Positions 31,816 to 43,656 of a DNA stretch of 64,000 nt are shown here, piece after piece; within the stretch, counting starts at the first letter, position 1, and every line of letters begins with the position of its first letter. The notes beneath the pieces are model-generated. The model saw only the letters and a program-made list of their open reading frames with translations. It was not told the origin of the DNA and did not search any database. Source of the stretch: Carpediemonas membranifera BICM (taxonomy: Eukaryota > Protista > Fornicata). Made by a program: the position numbers and the translations under genes. The stretch is taken from contig JAHDYR010000048.1 in NCBI GenBank assembly GCA_019828565.1, forward strand, positions 1 to 64,000, written 5' to 3'.

Positions 31816-34800
31816 TTAGACCAAAGCTTCGCCAGCCAGGTCGACCTGCGTCTCTTCAGTCACACCTCTCACATCCAGGCCCTTGAGGTCCCACAGCTTG
31901 GCCGTCTTGTCCATTGAGCTGCTGACCAGTGTCGACCCGTCCTGGGAGAAGTCCACACGCCGCACGTTCTGTGCATGGCCGCGAAGAGTACGCATGCACT
32001 TGCCCGTGGCGACGTCCCACAGCTTGATCGTCGCGTCACGGGAGGAAGAAGCAATCATCCTTCCGTCGGGCGAGAATCTGAGTCCGCGAACGAATTGGGT
32101 GTGCGCGCCCTCCTCGAACCTCGCGAGGCAGGCCCCGGTGGCCACATCCCAGATCCGGACGAACCGCTCGTAGCCGCAAGACGCGAGAAGCGTGCTATCA
32201 GGTGAGAAAGCAACGCAGAACACGCTGCCGCCCTGTTCTTCGAGCGTCTGAATCACTGCACCGGACGCAGCGTCCCAGAGCTTGATCGTGCGGTCATCGG
32301 ACCCGGATGCGATCAGCTTGCTGTTGGGCGAGATAGCCACGCAGTTGGTCTGCTTGCCATGATCCATGCCTCTCCAGGCCATGCGGTTCCGGGCCAGATC
32401 CCAGGCGATGATGGCACCGTCACCCGAGCTTGAGGCTGCGAGTGTCTTGTCAGGAGACAGAGCGATGCCGACGATCCACTTGTTGTGGCCCACTAGCGGT
32501 TTGCCAATGAGCTCACCCGTTTCTGCGCTCCACACCTGGACAGTCTTGAGACCTCCAGTGACGAGAAGCTTGCCGTCAGGTGACGCTGCGACATCCCAGA
32601 TCTGCTCACCGGTCGGGACGTTCAGTCTGCACTGGCCGGTGGCATCCCAGATTCGAAGGGTCTGGTCCCAGCTACTCGATGCAACCGAGCCGTCGGGGAG
32701 CATGGCGACAGCAACGACGCTAGCCCAGTTCGACGCAGCGTGGCCACGATAAGTGTAGATGGACTCGTCGATCGCGTGATCGGTCGTCTTGGGCCAGGTC
32801 TGTTGATCCTCGATGGTGACGAGGGGCTTATCACCAGAGTCGAGTGTGACACCGTTGACCTGTCTTTCCACTTGATCCATGCTAAGGTCACTGGCAGTGG
32901 GCGCGGAGTCAAGCTCCACTGTCTCATATCCAAGCTTGGCAGGCAGCTCTGCGATCTGATCAGCGGATGGTGACGCGAGGTCGACTCTGAGCCAACCATC
33001 GTCGGTCTTGACAAAGACTGTCTGCTCGAATGTGCTTGGCGAGAACACGACAGCGGAGGCCTTGGCAGTGATGGAAGCGGTCAGGACTCGCGTGTTCGTG
33101 TCATCGGAGACATCCTTGACGATGCGGGTCGACCCATCGGCCACGAGGGCCACAAGCAGGGGGTGCATGGCGAAGCGTTCAGTCCCAGATGGGAAATGGA
33201 GAGAGCTGGCAAAGTCGCCGGTTGATTCAGGGAGCAGGCCCGACGCGGTCATGGCGGGCGTCGATCGGCCGACAAACATGACCTGCTGGCGACTGCCGAG
33301 CAGGCTGAAGTCGTTGTTGCTGTGAGCCCATTCGACCCAGAACGGCAAGTCGGTGAAGGAACCTCTCTGGTCGTTGCTGCCGATCGCGCCAATGTCGCTG
33401 CCGACGATCTGCCAGTCGCCCATTGTGAGTACGACGCTCTGAGCGGTGGAGACGATGCCATTAGGGATGAAGCCGTCGGGCAGGGCCATGGGGTGGAACA
33501 TGCATACGTCTGCCTCAGGCACGGACTCGTCGATCAGCCCCTTGTTGCCCAGTGAGACGGCGCCGACTGGGGTCAGGATGGCCGTCCAGTCGCGGTGGTG
33601 GTCAATCACCAGCCCGTGTCGGTGCCAGTCGCGGATGCCTGCCACGTATTCGTGCACTTCGGGACAGTGCAAGAACGCGACTCGGGCCGGCCTAGCCATC
33701 CTACGCCTCGGGTCCTGCTCGTTGAATCCGGGAGGGATCGTATCGCGACAGAAGCCGTATACGCCACTCGTTGTGACGAGCAGGATGGAGTGAGTGCCCA
33801 GACCGTGGTGCTCGAGGATCGGGGGGACGTGGACCCTCTGGTACCGGTCCACCTCGCCGAAGGTCGTGCGGAACTCGAAGAGTCGGCCCGCGTTGAACCT
33901 GTGAAGCATGGAGTGGATGTCGCCTGGGTGCTGCGGGTCGAACGACTCGTCTCTGAAGAAGCCGTTGGTCAACGCGACCTGGTTGCAGAAGTAGAACTTC
34001 TTGCAGAGGAACCACACGAGCTTGTCTGCCACTGTGTATGGGTCTCTCGTGGTCTGAGATGCCTGGGACGGGTCGGCTGAGGGGCCGTTGAGGTCCGGGT
34101 CGGCACCGGCTTCCATGAGGATGGCCCAAGCCGTTCCCTGGAGCAGGGTGTGCAGGGCGTCGGGAAGCTCCATGTTCTCGTCGAGCTCGACGTTCATGGA
34201 CAGCGGGGGGCCGTCTGTGAGGATCGAGCGGGCGCGGTCGAGGAGGGTCTGGGCCTCAGGCTTGAGCTCGGGAATGGCATCGAGCATGGCACTGAGCTCG
34301 TCGAGGTCGGCTGGTGTGGGCTCGATGACCTCCGGCTTCTGCACTGACGGCATGACCCCGCCAACGTGCCTCGAGTAGACGTGCCTCAGCAGCGTGGGGA
34401 TGTCCCCGGGGACGTCGGCCGTCACCGCCAGAGAGCGACGATACGCATCAACGAGTGCCTGCCTGCTGCCCTCCGACCCAGCGTCTACCAGGCCGACCTC
34501 CATGTCCCTGAGCCACCCGATGGCTGACTCGAGGAGTATGGCGGACTCACTGAAGTCGGGATTAGAGCCCTGGCTTCCAGAGAAGTGGCTGCCTGGGCTG
34601 CGTCCTGACTCGTCAGCTGCATCGTCATCGACGTCGGGGGCCCGTTTTGATGGCCAGTTATCGTCATCGCCATCGTAGCGTCGTGTCACAGGGCATGGCG
34701 TGTGGCGACGCAAGGCTTCACTGAGCGATGCAACCCGACCGGCGAGGGTCGATTGCAGCTCAGTGTTCTGGTCCTCGATCGCGGTGTTCGTTGTGGTTGT

Positions 34801-35868
34801 GCGCTTTGTCTTCTCGCGCTGTTTCACTTTCCGGAGTCGGCCAGCTTCAGTTTCGAACGCAGCACCGTGTAACTCGCTGCTGGGCTGCTCCAGATCGACG
34901 GGCTCCACCTCCGCAACAGGGGCATCCAATGGCGGGCACTCGACCCCCAGCTGGCCGAGGACCCAGTCTAGCGCGGCGATCTGCCCGCGGAGGTGGGAGT
35001 TGACCAGGCTGAGGTCGTAGTGTCGCTGCCGGATCACCCCAGGTGTCTTCTTGGCAGCCTCTTCGGGATCCTCACGTGTTTCAGCGGGATAAGGGACTGC
35101 TTCCATCGTGCTGCCGTCGAACCCGGAGAGTGCTCCGGAAATGTCTCTCTTGGCGTGGCCAAGGGCGACCTGGAGGTCATTGATCTCGGCCATCACGGCG
35201 TCGATCTCATCCCTCAGGATGGCGTTCTTAGCACGGTTGCGCTGCTTTGGCGTCATTCCAGAAGCATCGACGTCGACGTCGAGCTTGGATGGTAGCACAC
35301 GGTCGGTGTTCCCAGGCGCATTGCCGCGACCAAGCAGCATCCGCACATAGAGGAGCGCCTTCTGCGCGCCCTGCCGCCACTTGGCCTCCTTCATGACCTT
35401 GAACTTGTGCTCCAGGAGCGCGCCAGTCAGAAGTTCGGCCAGGTCCACCTGGATGGGAAGGGAACGCTGTGATGGCACTAATGGATAAACGACAGCAGTA
35501 ACGGTCCCATTCGTTTGCCCCGTGTTCCGCGTACCACGGGGAGGAACGTTGGCTGCGCGGTTGTGGGCCTCGTTGAGATCGTTTCCCGGGACCGGCATCG
35601 CGATTCCGGCAAACTCTTGCATTTGAATGAGTATATCGAGGAATGGCAAGCTAGCACTTTCATATGAGGCACTATGACCACCATCGTGGACAGTAGTCGG
35701 TCCAAATGGTGATACAGAAGACATCTCGTGCCCATTGTTCACCATCGGCTCGTTAGTGCCATTGTTTGCGCCGCTGGCTTGGTTGTTACCACCGGGCGCG
35801 GTCATCGACGGGTTATCGATGCTTCGGTTTTTGGTGTCTCCCGAGTTATATCGTTTACGCGTGTACAT
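31816..35868 (-). CDS. Chimeric 1350-aa protein: shared cassette module + 'WFLCKKFYF' domain + C-terminal WD40 propeller
   Basis: About seven WD40 repeats (approx. 31870-32750; ASGSDDRTIKLWD etc.); the N-terminal part equals the 958-bp cassette. Confidence 0.88.
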   Translation of the reverse strand: MYTRKRYNSGDTKNRSIDNPSMTAPGGNNQASGANNGTNEPMVNNGHEMSSVSPFGPTTVHDGGHSASYESASLPFLDILIQMQEFAGIAMPVPGNDLNEAHNRAANVPPRGTRNTGQTNGTVTAVVYPLVPSQRSLPIQVDLAELLTGALLEHKFKVMKEAKWRQGAQKALLYVRMLLGRGNAPGNTDRVLPSKLDVDVDASGMTPKQRNRAKNAILRDEIDAVMAEINDLQVALGHAKRDISGALSGFDGSTMEAVPYPAETREDPEEAAKKTPGVIRQRHYDLSLVNSHLRGQIAALDWVLGQLGVECPPLDAPVAEVEPVDLEQPSSELHGAAFETEAGRLRKVKQREKTKRTTTTNTAIEDQNTELQSTLAGRVASLSEALRRHTPCPVTRRYDGDDDNWPSKRAPDVDDDAADESGRSPGSHFSGSQGSNPDFSESAILLESAIGWLRDMEVGLVDAGSEGSRQALVDAYRRSLAVTADVPGDIPTLLRHVYSRHVGGVMPSVQKPEVIEPTPADLDELSAMLDAIPELKPEAQTLLDRARSILTDGPPLSMNVELDENMELPDALHTLLQGTAWAILMEAGADPDLNGPSADPSQASQTTRDPYTVADKLVWFLCKKFYFCNQVALTNGFFRDESFDPQHPGDIHSMLHRFNAGRLFEFRTTFGEVDRYQRVHVPPILEHHGLGTHSILLVTTSGVYGFCRDTIPPGFNEQDPRRRMARPARVAFLHCPEVHEYVAGIRDWHRHGLVIDHHRDWTAILTPVGAVSLGNKGLIDESVPEADVCMFHPMALPDGFIPNGIVSTAQSVVLTMGDWQIVGSDIGAIGSNDQRGSFTDLPFWVEWAHSNNDFSLLGSRQQVMFVGRSTPAMTASGLLPESTGDFASSLHFPSGTERFAMHPLLVALVADGSTRIVKDVSDDTNTRVLTASITAKASAVVFSPSTFEQTVFVKTDDGWLRVDLASPSADQIAELPAKLGYETVELDSAPTASDLSMDQVERQVNGVTLDSGDKPLVTIEDQQTWPKTTDHAIDESIYTYRGHAASNWASVVAVAMLPDGSVASSSWDQTLRIWDATGQCRLNVPTGEQIWDVAASPDGKLLVTGGLKTVQVWSAETGELIGKPLVGHNKWIVGIALSPDKTLAASSSGDGAIIAWDLARNRMAWRGMDHGKQTNCVAISPNSKLIASGSDDRTIKLWDAASGAVIQTLEEQGGSVFCVAFSPDSTLLASCGYERFVRIWDVATGACLARFEEGAHTQFVRGLRFSPDGRMIASSSRDATIKLWDVATGKCMRTLRGHAQNVRRVDFSQDGSTLVSSSMDKTAKLWDLKGLDVRGVTEETQVDLAGEALV
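34458..35415. repeat. 958-bp coding cassette, copy 2
   Basis: Matches 27127-28084. Confidence 0.96.
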
Positions 35869-36690
35869 ATAACAAATGCCCCACTGGGTCCCAGAGACAA
35901 GTCAAGGAGACTGGCGCCAGATCCCCTGTGCTATGCTCTTTGGCCGTTTCACCCAGCACTCTGCGGTCTTGCGATGACATTGTGACATTGTGAAGTATCA
36001 TAGAGTGCACAGTGCAAGCACTGCGTCTCTCCACTTCAATTAGCTTGCCCGGAGGAGAAGACTAGCGGCTGGTTAGCCGTAATTGGTGTATTGGGGTTAT
36101 AGTTGGGAAGACGGGCTGGATTTCTGAAAGCACTGGCTTGATACTGTGCATCCGTCATGAGGCCGCAATCAACTCGGTGGAGTCAGAGGGTAAGTTTAGT
36201 GGTGGTGCGGTGGAGTCAGGGACGGTCGCTCCACGCGTGACCCGTCCCGACATCCCCCTCAAAAAATTAGCCCCGTTCCCGTGCTGTTCAGCAAAGTGGA
36301 CGACTTCCCTTGACTCGGCCCGATCCGATTGCGACCAAATCTTCTCCGAAGAGTGGGGCCGAACAATCCAAGATGTTCTGTGCAGCAGTCTTGTCTCTGT
36401 GGGAGAGATTGAGCCAAGTGGTGGTGGATCGGAATTGAGGCGTTGCTGTCTGTACCATGGAGCACCTTGACAATTCAGGTTGTGGCATCGCATCGTGCGC
36501 CTCGTGTAGCGAGTTCTACGGAACCTCGCGCGGCAGAAGGGGCAGACGAGTGAGATACTGCAGTCTTCCGATACTGATTTTTATAAACTGCACAATGACT
36601 CAGGGGTGCAGGGCAATTGATGTCACAACATGCAGGGCCCAACCACCCATGACACAGCGCCATTCAATCATATTTTACAACCAATCATCC

Positions 36691-38605
36691 TCATGCTCTA
36701 ACATCCAGAGTCCTCCGACAACCCTGGCACGTGATTTGCCGTCTAGTCGCGCTGACCTTCTTGTTCTCGTACTCACAATGGGGGCAAGCGACCGTCCGTT
36801 GGGAATCCAAGTCTTGCGGGAGGTCGACTGTCTGGCGTGGCGCTATCTCACACGGGCGGTTGTAGTGGCGGAGGTGTTCCGCCTGATCGGCCATGCGGCG
36901 AAGGCACTTGTGGCAGAACTGTTGACCACAGAAAGGACATGTGGAGATCTTGCAACTTGCTAGGCTCCCTTCGCGGGATGCGAGCTCGCCACACGCGGGA
37001 CAGCGGCGATTGACGGGGACGTCCACAGCAGTGCCTCCACCGAGCGTGACCAGCTCGCAGTTCTGGAGGTATTCTCTCTGCTCAAGCAGTAATTTGATCT
37101 CGGCATGCGTGAAGCGGTGCTCGTCTCTTCTGATGACATAAAAGTTTGCGGCCGCTCCATCTTCCACAGCAGGAACGCAGTCCGCGAAGAGCTGGCGCAT
37201 GACCTCGGGCTCCTCGATGCGGGGGATGAGCGAGCTGCCGTCGCATGCAGTGTACACGCGGTACTCCTCGTGGAACCTGACCTCTGATGCACCAGGTTGG
37301 GGGAGCTTGGCACCGAACATGTGGAAGGCGAAGCGGCGGCGCGTCTCGTCGTCCTCGAGCACGGCACGGAGGGCGTCCTGCACACCGTGGCTGTCCGCGG
37401 GGAAGCGCAGCACTGCCATGACGGCGTCGACCGTGAGCGGGTTGGGGCGCACGAGCAGGGCCCGCAGCTGGGCGGCGGTCAGCGCGGCAATCATCTCGCT
37501 GAACTGCGTCCTCGCGGTCATTCCGTTACGAATGAGTTGTATCCTGTCAGTAAAGCGGCTCAGCACCTCGCTCCGGTAGGCATTGAGGTCGCCCTCAAAG
37601 CCATCGAGCGGGCACTTTGCCCTGGCTTCCTCTATGGAAGTGTTAAGCGCCCGGTCGACGAGCGGCATCAGCGCAGCTAAGTCGATGCGGCCACCAGCGA
37701 GCGCGACGAGCCAAGTGTTGCTGACCATGTCGGCCGGAAGACGGATCCCGTCGAGCAGCATGAGCTGCAGCACGCGGCCGAGCCCCAGCAGGACGGGGCG
37801 CAGGTCGTCGATGGGATAGTCGAGGGCGTCAGGCATGAAGACCAGCGTGCCCTCAGTCACTCGGAAGACCGGCACGGAGAATCTCATGGTGCCGATGGAC
37901 TGGGCAATTGAGGTCTGCGGCAGCTTGACGACCAGGTCGGGCAGGGCCTTCGCGGACTCCTTGCCAGACAGTGTCGCGGGTACCGCTAGAAGGTCCTCCT
38001 CGCAAGCACCGATGTTAGTCAGAGTGTTGCTGAGGTTGTCGTCGAGGGTGAGGTCAAGAGGGTCCTCCGCAAACATCTTCAGCCGGGTGCGGTCGATGGC
38101 GTCGACAAAGGCGTGGGCCATCGCGAACCTGCTGCTCGCCGCGTTGAGGTCGACCTCGGGGTCCAGCTCGTTGGCAGAGGCGGCGAAGAGGCCGTCGGCC
38201 AGCGCGCGGCGGACGGACCAGCGGGCCTCGAGGTGGGTGGCGAGCATACCGCAGAGCACCTCGCGTAGGGCTTGGGGGACTGCGACGGTGGCGAGCAGGG
38301 CGTCGCAAAGCTTGTCTTCGTTGACGGTTGAGAACTCTTTGAGAGTTCCCATGAGGAGAGCGAGCAGCTGCTGGCAGAAGGCGGGGTAGTCCGGCGCCAT
38401 GGCCCCGAGCATCGTCAGGCCCGCGTGGTAGACGTCAGCGGCCTGCTGCTCGCGGTGGCTCAGCTTCTTCCCGGAATTGCGGGCGGCGATCTCCTCGGGC
38501 GCGCTGAAGGCGAGCGTGCCGATGTTGACTCCGGTCGCAGTCATGTTCACGGCGTCCATGTTCGAGGCCGTCTCGAAGTCGACGAGCACGGGGTGGCCCT
38601 CGCGC

Positions 38606-38638
<33 letters not shown>

Positions 38639-41600
38639 CAGATGCCCGCGCTGTGCAGGTCGTGGATCGCGGTGAGCAGGCCGTGGAGCAGTCTGCGCTG
38701 AGTGTCGGGCGAGTCGGCTGGGGCGTCGCGCAGGTGGTTTTCAAGGCGCTCCATGACGACCGAGCAGGTCTGCTCAGCGAGGTTGATGAGGACGAAGTGC
38801 AGCTTTGGCACTGCGGGACTGTGCGCCATGCGCGACAGGATACCCGCCTCGCGGTCGCAAAGCTTCCGCTGGTGCTCGTTGTCGAGCTTGAAGGTCTTGC
38901 CGAAGTAGGTCTGGCCGTCGCGGGTCACGATCTGGCACAGCGCTCTGTTCTCGCTGACGGTCGACTCGACGGCGAAGTCGGACATCGACAGGTCGACGAG
39001 CATCTCGGGGAGGTCCATGAGGTGGGCCAGCCCCATCTCGCGCAACTCGGCGAAGAGGCTGGCCGACGGCGCGGTGAGCTCCTTCAACTCAGGACAGAGC
39101 CGGACGAGCTGCGGCGTGCGGCGGGCCAGGGCGGTCTCCATGGCCTCGAGCTGGATCTGGACTGCCTCGAGCTTCTCCTCATTAGCAGCTGCCAGAGCAA
39201 TCTCCCGACGACTGTTGTTTCTGGCGATATCCTCCTGCAGCCACTGAGCGTTTTGCCTCAGCTGCTGGTAATCGCCCAAATCGTGGAAATCGCGGGCGAT
39301 GCTGTCGGCCTTGGCGAACCCCGAAAGATGGCTATTGGCCCCTGCCACAAGGCCACGGAGCTGAAGGATCTTGAGTTGGTCGGGGGGCGTAAAGTCGGCA
39401 GTTTTAGACCGCTGACTGGCCCAAGACCACGCTTGACGTACAGAAGGATGAAGGAAGGCGCGGAGGTTGGCGAATCGGTCGGTCCCGACCTTCTGCTTGG
39501 GGACTTCGGCGAGCAGGGTGCGCATATCCTCAAGGGAGGGAAGCACAGGGTTCTCCATCTCAGCGACCCTGGCGAGCAATGCAGCGGCCGTCTCGGCGTC
39601 TTCAGCGACGCGCTTCTCCAGCAACGCGACACCAGCCTCGGCCTGGGCGATGATCAGACTATAATCAGCAGTCCTAGTCTCCGGCAGACGTCGAGCAGAC
39701 CCAAGCCTGCCGCTGAGCACCTCAGGTGAGGGTACAGCAGTGTTATCGTGAACAGGGACGGAGAATGAAAGCAGGGGGTGGTCCTTGAGCATCAAGTTCA
39801 CCTCGATGGCCTGCTTCAATCTCAGTTCAGCGCGGAGTGAGGCAATCTCACTCTTCATCGTGTGATAAATAGTGGAGTTTGCCCGGGCAAGCACTTCGCA
39901 GACCTTGCTGCTGTGTCTATCGGTCACAAACAGCCCGCCCTTCATGGTGACAGTCGAGCTGGTCGGTCTGAACTCAACAGCAACCGCGGAAGGCATTGAG
40001 GTGCTCGATGCGACGTGGGTCAGGGCCAGCTCGAGGTGTGACAGAAAAGCGACCGAGAGTTGGACGTCAGCGCCGACCTCGCGAGCACAGAAGAGGTGTA
40101 TCCGCTTGGCCTCTTGGAGCTTATTGTACTTGAGGAGGATCTTCTTGATCTCGACAATCTCTGGCCCCACCATCATGTGATGAGAATCCATGCGGACAGT
40201 AGCTCTGGGTGCATCGAGCTGGACGCTGAATGACCGTGGGGCGACGCTTGAGCTCTCCAAATGCTCGAGCAGCTTTGTTAGACTGGGAAGATCGGCGTGA
40301 GTGACGCAGAGGTCTGTTTCCTCAGTGATCGGCTCGGCGCAGATCTCGGACAGCCGCCTGCTGAGCTGCGCACGGTTGAGCGGGTTGAGCGCGGTCTGCA
40401 CCTCGGCTTTCTCAGGAGACGACTGGAAGCCGTTGCGGTCATAGCTGATGGTGCATTCGGGGCGGGTCAGCCTCATCGCGAATGAGGTGGGCAAGGTCTC
40501 CCGCTGCAGCAGGAGGCCAGCCACGGTCTTCAGGTCGCCAATCGTGAGCGGCGCGTGCTCGCCCAGGCTGATCTCATTGTCGGTCGAGATGGCGTCGAGG
40601 TGGGCGGTCAGGAAGCTGAAGCCGCTGACAACATAATCGACAACATCGCTGGGTGGGGCGACCTCGAAGCCGGTCGGGCCGAGGGTGACGGTTGTGGCTG
40701 GGTCAGCCAGCCGCATCTCGAAGGAGCGGGGGGCAACCTTCCGTTCAGTCAGTATGGCGAGGGCCACGTTGAGGTCGCCAATCGTGAGCGGCGCGTGCTC
40801 GCCCAGGCTGATCTCATTGTCGGTCGAGATGGCGTCGAGGTGGGCGGTCAGGAAGCTGAAGCCGCTGACAACATAATCGACAACATCGCTGGGTGGGGCG
40901 ACCTCGAAGCCGGTCGGGCCGAGGGTGACGGTGGCGGCTGGGTCGTCGAGCTGAACCTCGAATGAGCGGGGCGCGACCCTAGAGGCCTCGACGTGTGCGA
41001 GGAGCTTCTTCAGCGCGGGAAGGTCGGCGTGGGTGACTCTGATCTCGACATCGCCGCTAATGTCACCAGCACAGATACGAGAGACCTCGTTGCTGAGGCG
41101 CTGATGGTTGAGGGCGTTAAGAAGAGGCTGTACTTCAGCACTGGCTGGCACACAGCCGAAGCGGTTGTTGTTCATTCTCACGGTGCATTCGGGGTGGGCC
41201 ATCCTCATCTCGAATGAGCGGGGCAGGCCCGTGGCGAGGATGTGGATGACGACCCGTGCCAGGTCGGCGAGGTAGAGGGGCGAGTCGTCAGACGGCAGGC
41301 GGATGTCGGCAGCGAGTGTGGGTTGGGCGCAGACCTCCTTGATCTCTGGCGAGTGCTTGATATGCCACTGCTTGGCGGTCTTGTCGTTTGAACCAGACAG
41401 CAGGGTCGATCCGTGCGTCCCAAAAGCGAGGCAGCGGACACTAAGGGCATGGCCGACAAGGGTCTTCAGACACTCGCCGCTGCGTGTGCTCCAGACCTTG
41501 ATGGCTCCGTCGTTGGACCCTGAGACAGCGGTGTCGCCGTCTGGTGCAATAGAGAGGCACCTTACTGTCTTCCTGTGGCCGCTGAGAGTCGCTCTGGGCT

Positions 41601-43656
41601 GCCAGTCCTCCGTGTTCCAGAGAATGACGGTATCACCAGCACTGGACGCGAGCAGATTGCCATCTGATGAGAAGCTCAGGCAGTGCACTCCAAAAGCTCC
41701 CCTCAGAGTGTGCTGCAGGTTGCCCGTCTTCGCGTCCCAGACTCTAATTGCCTTGTCCTTGTCACCCGATCCTGTGACAACCACGCTGCTGTCCGGAGAG
41801 ATAGCTACCGCCCGTACACTATCAGCATGCCTAGAGAGCGTCAGCTTGCACTTGCCGGTCCACTGAATATCCCAGACCATGGCCTTCTTGTCCGTAGAGC
41901 CTGTGACGAGGGTGTTATTGTCATATGAGAACGCCAAGCATGTGACAGCCCCGGTATGGCCAGAGAGTTCGAGCGGCTTCCCCAACTCAGTGTGGGAAGA
42001 CAGGCTTTGACCCGTGTTGGAGTTCCACAGTCGAACCGGACCTTCACCCCCAGAGGCGATGGTCGACCCGTCGCTGGATGCGGCTAGGCAGAATACCTGA
42101 CCGTCATGGGTCATTGTTCGCTCAACTTCACAAGACGGTGTCCAGACGGTGAGCGTGCGATCGGTCGACCCTGTGACCATGCGGTTGTCTGGTAGCATCA
42201 CCACTCCCGTGACGTTGTTGGTGTGGGCATGGATGGACGCGATACAGTCTCGGCGGGCCTTGGCCCACGTGGCGAGGATGGCGTCGAGCTCGTTGCTGTG
42301 CTCGTTGGTGACTAGAGCCCCGAACCTGAGCCTGACGGTGGCGTTGGTATCGGTAAGCCTCATGGTGAAAGCGCTGGGAAGGTCGTCTTGTACCACGAGG
42401 CGGTCGAGGACGCGGGTGAGGTCGGCGACGGTGCCCTCGAGGCGGACGATGGCCGCGGCCGGGACAGGTTGGGCGAGGGTCTGGTCGAGGGCGGTGAGCT
42501 CGGGAGAGCGACCAAGTGACCACTGCTTGGCGGTGTTGTCGTCAGATCCGGAGATCAGTGTGGCAGTGTATGGCAGTGCCCCGTCGGTGAAAGCGAGACA
42601 CCGCACACTCGACGTATGCCCCTCGATCGTTGCAGTACAGGCGCCATTGCCCACGCTCCAGAGCTTGACGTTCTTGTCCTCTGAGCTTGAGGCGAGAGTC
42701 GAGTCATCGGGGGAGAAGCCCACGGCAAACACGGCCTTGGTATGCCCGCGGAGAGTGCTGAGGCAGACCCAAGTGTTGCAGTCCCACACGCGGATATCAC
42801 AGTCGCGGGACCCGGAAGCAAGGAGTGAACCGTCATTGGAGAACACGACACATGAGATTTCCTTGCCATGGCCGACCAGTGTGTGTTCGAGTCGACCTGA
42901 CCTGATATCCCAGATCTTGAGGGCCTTATCGTGGTATCCTATAGCCACAGTGGTGTCGTTGGGTGAAAGGGCAATGGACCTGGCGCACTCGTTGTTTGTG
43001 GCAATCACGAGTGGCTCCTGCACTTCCCTGGCGCCCATCACATGATGGATCACCCAGAGCTTGCTGCTGGATGCAAGGATAAGCTTTTCATTGCGTGTGA
43101 AAGCCATTCCGATGATTCTCGAGCCAACCCGCCGGATGGTATCAACGAGGTGACCCGACTCAGCGTCCCATAGCTTGATCGCACGGTCGGTACCCGCAGT
43201 CGCTACAATCATGCCGTCCCATGACACAGCGAAGGATGAGACGTTGCAGCCGTGACTTAGGCACTTATGGCTGCCGTCGGGGAGGCTGAGGACGACGGGG
43301 TTGTTGGCCGAGTCAAGTCTCGAGACGACAGTCCCGTCGGGCATGATGTCCATGCCTGTAACAGCGTCGCTGTGCCCATGCAAGACCTTGAGGCATCTAG
43401 GGACCGAGTTCCAGGCGTCCAGCAGACTGTCGACCAGACCATGGTGTGCGGTGGCACTGAAGAGGCCCTGGGTCATGGTGACAGTGAGGTTGGGCTCAGT
43501 CAGCCTCATGCTGAACTCGCATGGAAGCTCAGCAAGCGTCGAGAGGTGGTCGACGACGTGGGCGAGGTCGTCGAACGTGAGGGGCGAGGCGCCAATGGGG
43601 ACGAGGTGAAGCTTGTCCTCTGGGGCGAAGACGCGCGTCGTGGCGTCTCTGATCAT
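36691..43656 (-). CDS. 2321-aa multidomain protein: two WD40 propellers, eight ~75-80-aa novel repeats, coiled coil, Ser/Thr kinase, HECT-like domain, IBR/Rcat-like finger, zinc ribbon
   Basis: WD40 GH...WD repeats; HRDLKPEN, DFE, GTLAFSAPE; LGRVLQLMLLDG, LTAAQLRALL, RRRFAFHMFG, VYTACDGSSLIP; RRCPACG...SCKISTCPFCGQQFCHKC; CPHC...CQGC. Confidence 0.88.
40532..40932. repeat. Intragenic direct repeat, period 240 nt (161 nt exact: 40532-40692 = 40772-40932)
   Basis: Read directly; duplicates TVTLGPTGFEVAPPSDVVDY...PLTIGDL. Confidence 0.95.

Noticed and set aside
35869-36690. Short ORFs between the two WD40 genes
   Set aside because: Overlapping short frames on both strands with no similarity to neighbouring modules that I could recognise.
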